Shown: positions 50,103-63,681 of the stretch, in pieces
Layout of the letters: every line of letters starts with the position of its first letter
Numbering within the stretch: the first letter of the stretch is position 1
Assembly (NCBI RefSeq): GCF_036321535.1
Contig: NC_087447.1
Span: 44,332,001 to 44,396,000 of the forward strand
Direction: 5' to 3'
DNA: 64,000 nucleotides
Origin: Camelus dromedarius
Lineage: Eukaryota
Notes under the pieces: generated by a model
Seen by the model: only the letters and a program-made list of their open reading frames with translations
The model's database searches: none
What the model was told of the DNA's origin: nothing
Made by a program: the position numbers and the translations under genes

Positions 50103-51920
50103 TTTTTTTTAAACATTTTATATTGAGTTATAATCATTTTACAATGTTGTGTCAAATTCCAGTGTAGAGCACAATTTTTTAGTTATACATGAACATATAT
50201 ATATTCACTGTCACATTTTTTTCTCTGTGGGCTACCATTAAGATCTTGCATATATTTCCCTGTGCTATACAGTATAATCTTGTTTATCTATTCTACATTT
50301 TGAAATCCCAGTCTGTCTCTTCCCACCCTCCACCCCCTTGGCAACCACAAGTTTGTATTCTATGTCTATGAGTCTGTTTTTTTTTGTATTTATGTTTTGT
50401 TTTGTTTTGTTTTGTTTACATTCCAAATATGAGCGATCTCATATGGTATTTTTCTTTCTCTTTCCAGCTTAGTTCACTTAGAATGATATTCTCCAAGAGC
50501 ATCCATGTTGCTGCAAATGGTGTTCTGTTGTTGGCTTTTATGGCTGAATAGTATTCCATTGTATAAATATACCACTTCTTCTTTATCCAGTCATCTGTTG
50601 ATGGACATTTAGGCTGTCTCCATGTCTTGGCTATTGTAAATAGGGCTGCTTTGAACACTGGGGTGCAGGTGTCAATTTGAAATAGGGTTCCTTCTGGATA
50701 TATGCCCAGGAGTGGGATTCCTGGGTCATATGCTAAGTCTATTCCTAGTCTTTTTAGGAATCTCATACTGTTTTCCACAGTGGTTGCACCAAACTGCATT
50801 CCCACCGGCAGTGTAGGAAGGTTCCCTTTTCTCCACAGCCTCTCCAGCATTTGTCATTTGTGGATTTTTGAATGATGGCCATTCTGACTGGTGTGAGGTG
50901 ATACCTCATCATAGTTTTGATTTGCATTTCTCTGATAATTAGTGATATTGAGCATTTTTTCATGTGTCTATTGATCATTTGTATTCCTTGGAGAATTGCT
51001 TGTTGAAGTCTTCTGCCCATTTTTGGATTGGGTTGTTTGTTTTTTCTTATTAAGTCGTATGAGCTGCTTATATATTCTGGAGATCAAGCCTTTGTCAGTT
51101 TCATCTGCAAAAATTTCACCCACTCCGTAGGCTGTCTTTTTGTTTTACTTATGGTTTCTTTTGCTGTGCAAAAGCTTGTAAGTTTAATTGGTCCCATTTG
51201 TTTATTCTTGCCTTTATTTCTATTGCTTGAGTAGACTGTTGTAGGAGAACATTTTTGAGATGTATGTCAGATCATGTTTTGCCTATATTTTCTTCTAGGA
51301 GGTTTATTGTATCTTGTCTTATGTTTAAGTCTTTGATCCATTTTGAGTTTATTTTTGTGTATGGTGTAGGGGAGTGTTCTAGCTCCATTGATTTACAGGC
51401 TGCTGCCCAGTTTTCCCAACACCGTTTGCTGAAGAGACTGTCTTTATTCCATTGTATATTCTTGCCTCCTTTGTTGAAGATTAGTTGACCAAAAGTTTGT
51501 GGGTTCATTTCTGGGCTCTCTATTCTGTTCCATTGGTCTATATGTCTGTTTTTGTACCAATACCATGCTGTCTTGATGACTGTAGCTCTATAGTCTAAAG
51601 TCTGAGAGAGTTATTCCTCCAGCTTCTTTCTTTTCCTTCAGTAATGCTTTGGCAATTCTAGGTCTTTTATGGTTCCATATAAATTTTAATATGATTTGTT
51701 CTAGCTCTGTGAAATATGTTCTGGGTAATTTGATAGGGATGGCATTAAATCTGTATATTGCCTTGGGCAGTAGGACCATTTTAACAGTATTGATTCTTCC
51801 AATCCAGGAGCATGGGATATCTTTCCATTATTTAAAGTCTTCTTTAATTTCCTTCATCAATGGTTTATAGTTTCCTATGTATAATTCTTTCACCTCCTTG
51901 GTTAGATTTATTCTTAGTTA
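50103..51920 (-). mobile_element. 5'-truncated lineage-specific L1
   Basis: ORF2 peptides ([47 protein letters not shown]), poly(T) at 50101, TSD core taagtctt at 50095-50102 / 51929-51936. Confidence 0.95.
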
Positions 51921-52899
51921 TTTTAGGGTAAGTCTTAAAATCAGGCAATGTAATGACCTCTTTCTTTTTCTTACATGCACACCTAAACATATGCATATGC
52001 AATTTACTTCGAACAAAGTCAAGGAAAAATTCCTATCTCTGAAAGAAGACATCTTGACTTATGAATTCCTCAAAGTTTCTTGGTGATGTCAGTAAGTTGG
52101 AATTAACAGTTTTCATGAATTTTAACAAGACAGAGGTCAATATAGGTTAGAAAAATGAACTAGTATCTAAGCTTTTATAACATCTTCATGGGCAATTATA
52201 TACCTTCCACAACAAATTTCTGAATATAGCTGAGAAGCCTGTTCTCCCAGTTTTCCCTCTTTACTCACACAGGTCCAGAACCTGAGGTCGTGTAATAGTT
52301 AGAAGGGAAACTTTGAGTTAGGGGACGTCAGAGAAGATTTCTAAATACAAGTTCTTATCTGATGCAATGATGCATGTTCTGTCACTTTGATGTCCACACT
52401 ACTTTATCTGTGTGTTTCTTAAACAGTAAGAAACTAACGAAAGAATTGTGTGCTCCATTTTAAAGAGGATAAGTCAATTAATAAGCCTAAGTCAGTCACT
52501 ACTTCCCAGTGGCCTGACTCTTATTCCAAAGGAATACAAGTCTTTCTCTACTCCTGTCCAACTGTACCTTCAAATCTAACTCAGACTGACCATGTCCAGG
52601 CTTCTCAGACCACTCAAGAAATAACATGCAAGTTCTCAGGGGCTTCGTCATTTAAGGTCTGAGATTGTCTGCTTTCTGTTTATGTCATTACAGAAAATGA
52701 GTCCAATATCCAAAAAAAATTTGCCTGCAAAATTACTTAATTCGGAAGGACACAGGTTGATTTGACCATCCTCATAGGGACAATACAGACTGCTTTGGTC
52801 CTTTCTCTTGGTCTCTTTGATCCTTCCTCCTCCACCTGCCAATGACTTCTCAAACCAGACAGAATATCATGCTATCTGATTAGAGCATACTAGCATTTA

Positions 52900-53470
52900 C
52901 ATTTCAGTGAAGTATCACAAAATGAATGACCACATAAGCATGACCAAATGGACTATTAGAACACTGCCTATATTCCAGAACAATCTCTCATACCCTTATC
53001 TACTTTTTATCATTAATCCTCTCTACTTCCTAAAGGTTTACACTAGTCACTACTCAGACTTCTGATATTATAAGTTTGTTTTGCCAGGTGTTTATCTTTC
53101 TTCATGTGGAATCATATGGTATGCATTCTTCTGTACTTGGCTTCTTTCAAAACTTAAAATTGTGAGAGTCACCCATATTGTTGTGTGTTGCTGTGAAATT
53201 TGTTCCAATTACTGTAAAACATTTTATTTTATGAATATACCACACTTCATTTACCCATTTGGCTGTGAATGGACATCTGAGTTGTTTCCAGTTTTTGACT
53301 TTTATGAGTAGTACTGCTATAAACATTCTAGTGTATATGTCTTGGTGCATATGTGCACACAGTTCTATTGGCAAAGGAATGGAAGACATGGCTTATTGTC
53401 ATTTTATTTTATATGTATCCATAATTTCTTGTTTTGTTTGAACTTTTTTCTTTTCTACGTTTGTGATACC
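52900..53470 (-). mobile_element. Ancient L1M 3' fragment
   Basis: Minus frame TRMFIAVLLIKVKNWKQLRCP, the L1 ORF2 C-terminus. Confidence 0.75.
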
Positions 53471-53759
53471 TACTGAGGTTTATTTCATTGTATTATTATA
53501 CCAGTTAGAATGTAATCACCATTATGTCATAACTAATCATCATTCTTATCTGATATATTCAAAAATAATTTTCTATCAACTTGGTACATAATAACTTTCA
53601 CCACCACCAAACACACACAGACATAACACACACACACACACACATACACTATCGTCAGCTATACCACCACTTCCTATATTGAACTAGTAGAATTTTAACT
53701 ACAATTGTTTTTAATTTTTACATTCTACAACAATTATTTATACTATCGGCATTACTTTG

Positions 53760-54350
53760 TCCTTTGCTAACTTGGCTGACAGATAATCTTAGGTTCCAAA
53801 TCATACTCCTTAAGAATTCTACAAATACTGCTGTAATATCATGGAGTCATAGCGTGCTGCTGCTGGGAATTCTGACATCAGTCTGCTTATAATTTATGTG
53901 TGAACAACTCAGTTTCATCATCTGTTTAATATTTAAACACTTCACTTTTTATTCTAAGAGTATGAGAAAATTTCCAGGATATATCTAAACAGAGTTGTTG
54001 TTGTTGTTGTTGTTGTTGTTTTGTTGTTGTTGTTGTTGTTGTTGTTAATTCTGCACAACACTTGATGTATAATTTTATTATAAAGAATTAGGCCATACGG
54101 AAGCTCTGGGAAATGTTCTTCTGTTGTTTCTTTGATGATTTTTCTCCAACATCCTTTTTGATCTCTCTTTCTGGAGACCATATTAAAGTTGGTCACATGT
54201 TGGCAGCACTTCTGGACCTAGCCTGCCTGCCTCCTTGAAGAATTTGATAGCTCTTTATAACACTTTCCAGTTCTTTATCCTTTGAAGTTAAATTCTGAAA
54301 ATCCCTAGTTAAATATTCCAGCATGCAATAGTTGAACCATCAGGTGTATT
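53760..54350 (-). mobile_element. L1/HAL1 ORF1-like remnant containing a (GTT)n microsatellite (53993-54046)
   Basis: KIIKETTEEHFPEL...IHQVLCRIN...RYIL resembles L1 ORF1p. Confidence 0.6.
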
Positions 54351-56563
54351 AATTCAAATACTGAGACAGAAAGAATACTTCAGTTGGAAACTAAGAAGCA
54401 AAATGTCTCAAATGAGTCATCTTCATTTTCAGTCCATCAGGAACAGCAGGCTTATTTTTTACGCTCCTACCTTTTCTCCACTAAAAATAGCTTTGTAGAA
54501 TAGTGTTTTTTCACTGTGATTGAACACTTGGCAGAGTTTATAAAATGAAAGTTGTAGTGTTTATAAAAGCCATAGTTTCTCAGCAATAAGCTAGACTTCT
54601 CATGTCAGGTTCTCCATGAATGGGGCTAGGAAACCACATTTTTAAGATGTCCTCTGGTGATCCTTATGCAAAATGAAGATTGAGAACAACTACTCTGAAA
54701 TATTAACTCATACTTTTAACTCTAAACTGGTTTAAAACTCAGTCCAGTTCAATCAGGCAGAGCAGTGAGGACATTATAATCCTTAACAGTGCATTACTTT
54801 GCTGAAATCTGTGCCTTTCTTTGAATAGATGCATGTCTTCTTTAAATCTATTTCTATAATTTGTCATTGAAATAGACTAAAACTGTATGATAGACTACGA
54901 GAAGAATCCACTGTCAAAATCTTTTCAGCACTGCTAAGTGTGGGCAAATAATCTACCTCCAACCCCCAAGTCCTCTTCTGTAGGCAACAGTAAAGTTGAC
55001 AAGAATTAAGGACATCTTGTCTTCTTTACCTTTCTTCCTACCACCCATGTCTCTAATTTTTTTCTTCATTCACATAACCTCAACATCACCTCTGAGGCAC
55101 ACAAACCACAAAGAATGGCTTGTTGTCTTTGGAAACTATCAGAACAAATGCCTTACACACAGTGCTCATATATACACACTATTTTGTATATATTTTTCAT
55201 AGAGAATGAGTCAGTGAAAAGAGAAAACATGGTCTTGAATAAGGATGTACTTCTGTGGCTATTAATAGATCCTTGCTAGAACTGACAAAGTTGACTTTTT
55301 AGGTGACTTCAAAGGATTTCTTCTCAGACACTCTAGCCAGGGGTGGAAAGGAGGGATCTTGGTACACACCTTAGCTTTAAAGGTGATTTCCTCCTAAGGA
55401 AGATAATAGTGTGTTCTGGATCTACCACCTATTAAAGGCCTTTGCATTATCTTGAGCAGAGATCATCTTATTAGGTTACATAAATCCAGGGACTTAGTAT
55501 TTAGCAAGGACTAAATACATGGATTGATTTCCATATCATACTTTCTCTAATCAATATAAAAATCTTACTTGTATTTTTCTGCTTCGTGATCAAAGGCTGT
55601 GTCCATTGGGGTAAAAACTGATGCTCCCAAGTCACTGGCAGATCATCTCCTAATATGAGGATATATCAGTAATCTGCCAGCTCCCTTCAGGGAAGGTCAT
55701 CTTGAAGAATGTCTGCTGGAATGCTCAACTCCTACACAACACCCAGCACAGCTTACTCAGGAAGAGTGAAGAGGGAAGGGAGCCTGACAGTGTAACAGGA
55801 CACACACTGACTCCCTCCTCAGCTCCCAGTGACAACATTTATCCAAATCTGAAGCAAACTGTCTATCATTGAGGAGTCTACATGACTTTGTCTATGTCTT
55901 TGAATTGACAACTATGAGAATTCTAGCTCAACAGGCTTAGTCCTAAGTCTTAGAAAGAAAAAGCAGCTGCAGCTTCTGTCCCACCTGTCTGGTTCCTTCC
56001 TAACTTATTTGGAGGTCAACAGCTATGGGATTTCAAAGGCTGAAGAGGCCCTCTTTGGACCACAGTTGCCCACGTCTCCTAAAGAGTCTCCCCATTTTGA
56101 GACAACATGAAAATAACAGGATTTGCTAAAACATTAGCAGAAAAGGGACACAGCATCTCCCTTAACTTTCAGTCTCTACCAAAATGATGAAAGTCTTTCT
56201 CCATGTTGCAGCAATTTCCATGGCTAATATTTCCCATTATCTCACAGCAGGAACACCAGGAGACAGAAAGCTACTTCTGAAAGGTAACCTACAGGATCAG
56301 CATTCCTGACTACAGCTGTGGTATGTAGTTTCACGTCAAAGTAAAAAGAAAAGAAAAAGCATGGATTTAATTTAGGCCCTTCTGTCTTGATCATTCCTTT
56401 CATTCCCCAATGCAAGCTTCCCCAAATTAAAATTCTGTTGCAAGAATGAAGTCAAGTCAGGATCTATAATACCCTGCAACATTTCCTTATGTGGAAAAGC
56501 TTTCTATCCTTGCCAAGGCACTTCTGATTTTAAAAACAAAACAAAACAAAAAAACCAACTACT

Positions 56564-56606
56564 ATTTCTGGGAAATGAGAGCAAGACAGAGAAACGAAAC
56601 TGAAAG
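56564..56606 (+). promoter_or_regulatory. Composite GAS + ISRE element (block 2)
   Basis: ATTTCTGGGAAAT at 56564-56576 (TTCN3GAA with palindromic flanks) and GAAACGAAACTGAAAG at 56591-56606 (three GAAA cores). Confidence 0.7.
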
Positions 56607-57981
56607 CCTTTCCATAGTAGTGGGTAGAAGAGGCAGGGCTGACCCTGACAGTTGGGTGATGAATAGGGCTTATAGGTGTGAGGCTCCACCCAGGGGACAC
56701 ACACACATACACACACAGGACAACCCATTTTATAATCAGTAGTCCCCTTCTTACGATGATTTTTAAACTTGAGAGTTATGATTAAACATATAATTCAAGA
56801 TCCTTAAGCCTTAACAAGATAATAACAAATGTTAAAACACAGTAAAACCAGTTTGGTTTGAGGTTTTTTTTTTTCCTTCTTCCTCATTTTATCTTAAAAT
56901 CACTCCTCTACCTCACAGGAAGCCAAAGTCTAAACTAAAAGCTATGGGCCAAAACTCTGAGACATTCAGGGAAGGAACTCAATATCCATGTTATCTCTGG
57001 AACAGCTTGAAAACAGGAGCCTGGCTTGAAGAAATAAGCCGAGGAGAAAAAAAGAAATGGAAGAAAAAGGGGTATAAGAAGTGACACAAATACTGAAAAA
57101 GAAACAGTGATAAAAAAAAAAAAAAAGTCAAAAGGAGCAGAGGCTGAAAACAGACACAAGGATAGATGTAAGACTTGTAAAGGACAAAACATGAATTTGA
57201 CATGGTCATTGATCCATTAATAGTAACAAATATGGGAAGAAGGGGAGTACACAATCTAATCAGATAATTAAGAAACAGTTTGAAAACTTATATAAGTACC
57301 GAGTACTGTTAACAGCACAGAAAAGAAAGCTACTAACTCAACTTACAGATTAATGGAGGGCTTCACAAAAAAGGAGGAACTTAAACTAGGGCAGAAGGAA
57401 TACAGGGAGCCTGGCAGGAAAGGTTGGGGGAAAGGTTCATGTAAGCTAATATTTAGAGTCAAGAATCCCATGAGAATGAAGGAAGACGGCAGAGTGTGGT
57501 TTCTAAGGGAGAGAAGGAGGTAAGTATTAGGAAAAGGAAAAGGAGTGGTTGTGAAAGGAATTGTAGAGTATGATTCTTATTAAATTATAAGGGTCTTGAA
57601 TGGCAGAGGAAGTTGTTTTAATTTTATTACAAGGCAATATAGAGTTTTCAAAGTTTTGTAAACAAGGCAATAAATGATGTAAATTTAAATGTCAAAAGGA
57701 TGATTCTGGATGTACTGTGGAAAAGGAATTACAAGAGAGGAAAAAGAATTTGAATTTACCAGAGCAAAGGTGAGGACCCAATGGCAGTGCAGATATGAAA
57801 TAGGTAACAGATTCATGACCAAACTGATCTAGATTAATATATAAGATAATCTATGCCTCATCTACACTAGAAGCCCAACAAAAAATGCAAAATTATAGAT
57901 GTAGATCAATGAAATAAGGTGTCAGGTGTCCAGAAAACAAGTGTGCCCATATCACTATCCCTCTATTACAATTGGGGCATA

Positions 57982-58105
57982 CACAACATTGTAAAATGAT
58001 TACAAAGCAATAAAAAAATTTTTTTTAAATTTTTAAAAATTAAAAAGTAAATAAAATCTAATATTAAGTGAAAAAACAAAAACAAAAACAAAAACAAAAA
58101 CAAAA
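57982..58105 (+). mobile_element. Short L1 3' end plus extra sequence and (AAAAAC)n tail
   Basis: 14-bp TSD acaattggggcata (57968-57981) / acaactggggcata (58106-58119). Confidence 0.8.
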
Positions 58106-60827
58106 ACAACTGGGGCATATATGCAGTCCTAAAGGGGAAATTGGGCAGGGGTCAGAATTGAAAATGAGTTTCTAACTAGAGTGAGACATATTTCTGCCCA
58201 TGATACTTAATCCAATCAGGAAAACACCAATACCAAGTTCAAATGGAGGAAGTGGATCACAGATAACAAAGTGGGCACACCAAACCAAATAAAACTCTAC
58301 CAGAAACTGGAAAGGATAAAAACAAATGAGGGATGCCTCAAAAGATTCCCATGATCAGCACTAGAACTACATTTCATGACACCCAATGTCATCTTCTTAA
58401 AGAGGCATTGCCTAACCACTGACTCTAAAGTAGCCATATTTCCTCTTAAGTTACTCTCCATCACTTCCCTCTTTTCACTTCCTTCATAGCATGAATCACA
58501 AATTATTTTGTGTATTTATTTATGTGTGAATCATCTGTCTCCCCACACTGTGTGAGCAAGGACATCTCTGTCTAATTCAGCAAGCAATCCACAGCACCTA
58601 GAACACTACTTGGCAGAAGGCCATTATTGGTAAACACTGTGAAATAAATGTTGGGGCATCCTTGGTTTATGTTTGCTATCTCTGGCCCATGATACTTAAG
58701 TGCATTAGACTAGCTTAGATAAACACAAGAATGAAGAGTTTCACTGGTTTAACGACCAGTAAGATGATGACAGTGTATCCAAAAAATGCTACTTAATTTG
58801 GTAACTAGAGCTTGAAGGACAGGATTGTGAAAAGCCCTCAGTGCAAACTGTGGAAAACTGTCAGTTGAAACTCATGAAAAAATAGGATAGTGAACATTTA
58901 TTAGTTTATTTAGCCATCATATAGTTGTATTTGTTGAGATAATGTTTCACTATAATATTACAGTGAAAGGAATGAAGAGACTGGGAGCTTAAGGAGGAGA
59001 CAAACCCCAGCCTGCATTTATTTAGACTGGGAATACCTAAGCATGTTTGGAGGCTGGTGTGAAACAACCAGGGGAGCAAGATAGATGCAAGGTATGAAAG
59101 AAGGATGAGTGAGAGAGCAAGGCTCCAAAAAAGGTGAATGGAGCTTATACATTCCCTAGAGAACGAAGAAGTGAGGTTCATCTAGTGAGGATTAGAGGAC
59201 CTCCAATTAAAGTTGTGTTTCTCCCTCCTCCTAGACTACTCTTACGATTTTCCTTCTTCCTACACTGATGCTGGACCTCTCTGACCATGTCTTATTCATG
59301 TCTGTAACACCATTTTCTAACAGAACACCTGACACATACTCCATGGTATATGCATGGGTTTGAATTGGATGGAAAAATTTGATACTATGATATCTCATCA
59401 AAGGGATCTAAGGAGAAACAGAAGTCAAAGATGACAATTTTGTCCCTAAGACACTTGGGGAAAAATTAGAATAGGATGATTATGATGGGAAAACAAAAGG
59501 AGGAAGTTTGTAAATCAGGTGAGGAATGCAATTTGGGACATCCTGTCTTGATCCACACTCATGGGGAGTTCTGACTGGTGAAGACTACATCTCTGTCTTG
59601 GGCTAATCCCTAGACTGGCTGTCCAAATAAATATCTTCATATCCTCATCCCAGATATTCTACTTTCTTCTATCCTCTCCTCAGCTATTCACAAACAATCC
59701 CCAAACATGGGGCTGTGCCCTGCCCAGATGAGCAGTTGTATTGTGCCCAGCCAGAAGGAAGGTGTCCTAGAAGTCATTAGAGACACAATGGCAACAATGT
59801 CATGAGCAGTGTTCTACATGTAGGCATTAGGTTGGGTTGTTAATCATATTGTTCAAGTGCTCTTTGTAATTACTGATTTTTTTGTTGGCTAGTTTTATCA
59901 GGTACTAAAAAACATACTAAACCTTTCCTAAAGTAGTCAGTTGAACCAAGTAATTCTGTAAACTTTATTTTGTAATGAACTGATATTTTTAGAGCAGTTT
60001 TAGGTTTACACAAAATTGAGCCAAAATTACAGAAATTTCCCATATAGCTCCTGCCCCTATACACGCATGGTCTCCTACATTATCAACATCCCCTACCAAG
60101 GTGACCCATTTGTTACACTAATGAACCTGCATTCACACATCAATATTACCCAAAGTATATCGTTTATATTGGGACCTGATCTTGGCCTTCCACATTCTAT
60201 AGGTTTTGAAAAATGTCAAATGAAGTGCAACAAACCTTTTAATATGCAGAGTAGGCTCACTGCCCTAGAAATCCTCTCAGCTCCTCCTACTCATTCTTTC
60301 CTTGTTACCACTCATTTTTCTGCTGGCACCATAGTTTTGTCTTTTCCAGAATGTCATACAATTGGTATCATGCAGTATGTATCCTTTTCAGCCTGGCTTT
60401 TTATACTTAGTAATACATATTCAGTTTTCTTCCATGTCTTCTCATTCATTTTCATTTAATTTCATTTCTTTTTTTATTTTTAGAACTTAACAACATTCCA
60501 TTGTCTAGATGTACCCCAGTTTATTTACCCATTCACCTCCTAAAGGATATCTTGGTTGCTTCCAAGATTTTGAAATTATAAATAAAGCTGCTATAGACAT
60601 CTGTGTGCCTATTTTTGTGAGGCATAATTCAGGTAACTACCAAGAAGTATAAGAGCAAATCATATGGAAAAAGAATATTTTATTTTGTAAGAACAAACCA
60701 AACTGGCTTTCAAAGTAGTTGTTCCATTTGCATTCCCAGAAGCAATGAGTAAGAATTCCTTTCATATCACACCAGTGTCAGTAATTGGTTTGCCGGTGAT
60801 CTCGATTCTGACCATTCTAATACTATA

Positions 60828-60930
60828 CAGGAGTACTACATTTTATTGTGTTTCACAGATACTGTGTGTTTTATAAGTTGTAGTTTTGTAGTGGCAACCC
60901 TGCATCAAGCAAGTCTATTGGCACCGTTTT
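60828..60930 (+). mobile_element. Tigger1 5' fragment
   Basis: TA|cagg...ttttattgtgtttcacagatactg...ggcaaccctgcatcaagcaagtctattggcacc. Confidence 0.75.
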
Positions 60931-63681
60931 ACTTCTCTCCAACCCCTCACAGCCACTGACCTTTTTACAGTCTCCATAGTTTTGGCTTCCTCTATGTCAT
61001 ATAGTTGGAATCATAAAGTATGTAGCACCATCAAACTAGGTTCTTTTACATGGCAATGTAATTTAAGGTTCCTCCATGTATTTTCAGATCTTCATAGCTC
61101 AATTCTTTTTTTGCTAAATAATAATCCACTGTAAGGATGTACCAGTTTGTTAATCCATTCACCTACTGAAGTTTCTCTTGTTTACATACAGGTTTGCAAA
61201 TATGAATAAAGCTTCTATAAACATCATGGGGAGGTTTTGTGTGGACATGTTTTCACTCACTTGAGAAATACCAGGTAGCTCGGCTGCTGGATCAAATGAT
61301 AACAGTATGTGTTTTTTTTTTTATAAGAAACTGCTAATCCACCTTCCAAAGTGGCTCTAACATTTTGCATTCCCACCAGCAATGCATGAGGAGAGTTCCA
61401 CATCCTCATCAGTCTTTGGTGATGTCAGTGCTTTGCATTTTAGCCATCCTAATTGGTGTGCAGTGGTATCTTGTTGTTTTCATTTGCAATTCTCTAATTA
61501 CAAAGACGGTGAGCATTTCTACATATGTTTATTTGCCATTTGTACATGTTTTTGGTGAACTATCTGCTCAAAAATGTTGTACCATTATTCACTGTGTTGC
61601 TTGCTTTCTCATTGTTATATCTTAAGGGCTCTTTGCACATTTTGGATACCAGCCTTTTATTAGATATGCATTTTGCAATGACTTGCTCCCAGTCTTTGGC
61701 TTATCTTTTCCTTTTTTAACAGTATGTTTCATACAACAGAAGTTTTTAAAATTAATGAAGTCCACTCATCAACTTATTCCTTCATACATTGTGCTTTTGA
61801 TATTGTATGTAAAGAGTCATGGTCACTCTGAAGGTCACCAGCATTTTCCCCTATGTTATTTCCAAGGAGTTTTATAGTTTGTACTTTGTATTTAGGTCTA
61901 TGATCTATTCTGAGTTAATTTTGTGAGGAATATCAAGTCTGTGTCTAGATTCAGTTTTTTGCATGTAGATGTCCAGTTATTCCAGCACCCTTTGTTAAAA
62001 AGACTGTCCTTTACCCCATTGGATTGCCTTGACTCCTTTCTCAAGAGAAGTTGACTATATTTGTGTGGTCTATTTCTGGATCTTCTTTGCAGTTCATCAG
62101 TTCTGTTTGTCTAGCCTTTTGCCAGTATCACACTTCCTTGATTACTTTATAGCTTTATAGTAAGTCTTGAAGTCTGGGGTTGTCACTGCTCTGACTGTGT
62201 TCTTCCTCCAATATTGTGTTGGCTATTCTTGGTCTTTTGCCTTCCTTATAAACTTTAGAATTAAGTTGTTGATATCCACACAATAACTTGCTGGTGTTTT
62301 GAATGAGATTGCATTGTCTCTATAGATTAATTTGGGAAAAACTTATGTCTCAGTGTTAGACATGAAATATCTCTCCATTTATGTAGATAGTCTTTTGATT
62401 TGTTTCATCAGAGTTTTGTAGTTTTCCTTATATAGATCTTGCACATATTTTATTAGGTTCATACTTAAGTATTTCTTCTTTTGGAGGGGGAGGGTGCTAA
62501 TGTAAATGGTATTGGGTTTCTAATCTCAAATTCCAATTGTTTATTGCTGGTATATTTAAAAAAACAGTAATTTGTGTTAACCCTTGTATCCTGCAATTTT
62601 TACTACGTTCACTTATCAGCTACAGGAAATTTGTTCATTCTCTGGAGTTTTTTATATAGACAATCATGCTGTCATCTACAAACAAAGACAGTTTTATTTC
62701 TTCCTTCCCAATCTGTATTTTTCATTTCAGTTTCTTATCTTCCACAGGATGTGTAATAGGAGTGATGAGAGGGGATATCTTCACCTATTCCTTTTTTAAG
62801 GAAAGCTTCTAGGTTCTTAACATTAAGTATGATGTTAACAGTAGGTTTTTTGCAAATGTCTCTTAGCAAGATCAGAAATCTCCCCCCTACTCCTAGTTTT
62901 CTCAGATTTTTATGTGTTGGATTTTGTCAAATGGTGTTTCTCCATATATTGATAAGATCATGTGATTTTTCTATTAGTCTGTTGTGCCATATTACATTAA
63001 CTGATTCTTTATGTTGAATCAACTTTGCATACCTGAGATAAATCCCATTTGGCTGTGGTGTATAATTCTTTTATACATTGTTAGATTTAATTTGTTAATA
63101 TTTTTTCATGAGAGATACAGGTTTGTAGTTTTCTTTCTTGTAATGTCCCTGACTGATTGTGGAGTAACAGTGACCTCATAAACTAAATTAGGAAGTATTC
63201 CCTCTGCTTCTGTCCTCTGAAAGGGATTATAGATATTTGGTACAATTTCTTCCTTCAATGTTTGGTAGAGTTCACCAGTGAATCTCATTAGAACTGATGC
63301 TTTCTGTTGTGGTGGTTGTTAAATGTTGATTCAATTTTTTAATACATAAAAGCCTATTCAGAGTATCTATTTCTTTTCATATATTCTTTGTAGCACCTAT
63401 GTCTTTCAAGGAACTGGCACACTTTATCAAATTTGTGAGCAAACAGTTGGTCATAGTACTCCTTTTTTCATCCTCTTAAAGTCTGTAATATTAGTATTCA
63501 TTACACCCATTTTATTTCTGATATTAGAAATTTGTGTCTTATCTCTTTTTTCATAGTCTGAATTATCAGTTTTGTTCACATTTTCAAAGTATCAAATTAT
63601 GGTTTTATTGTTTTTCTCTATTGATTTCTTCTTTTCAATTTTGCATTTACTTTAGTTTTCATCATTTCTTTTCTCCTGTTT

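Noticed and set aside
51970..56300. Possible GVIN1 coding remnants or exons (acceptor at ~52272, donor at ~56284)
   Set aside because: No ORF or recognisable peptide; isolated splice-like motifs are insufficient.
56493..56504. NF-kB-like site ggaaaagctttc
   Set aside because: Poor fit to GGGRNNYYCC.
60290..61460. Apparent internal duplication in the right-hand L1
   Set aside because: L1MC 3' regions carry repeated segments natively or by nested L1 pieces; it cannot be shown to be locus-specific.
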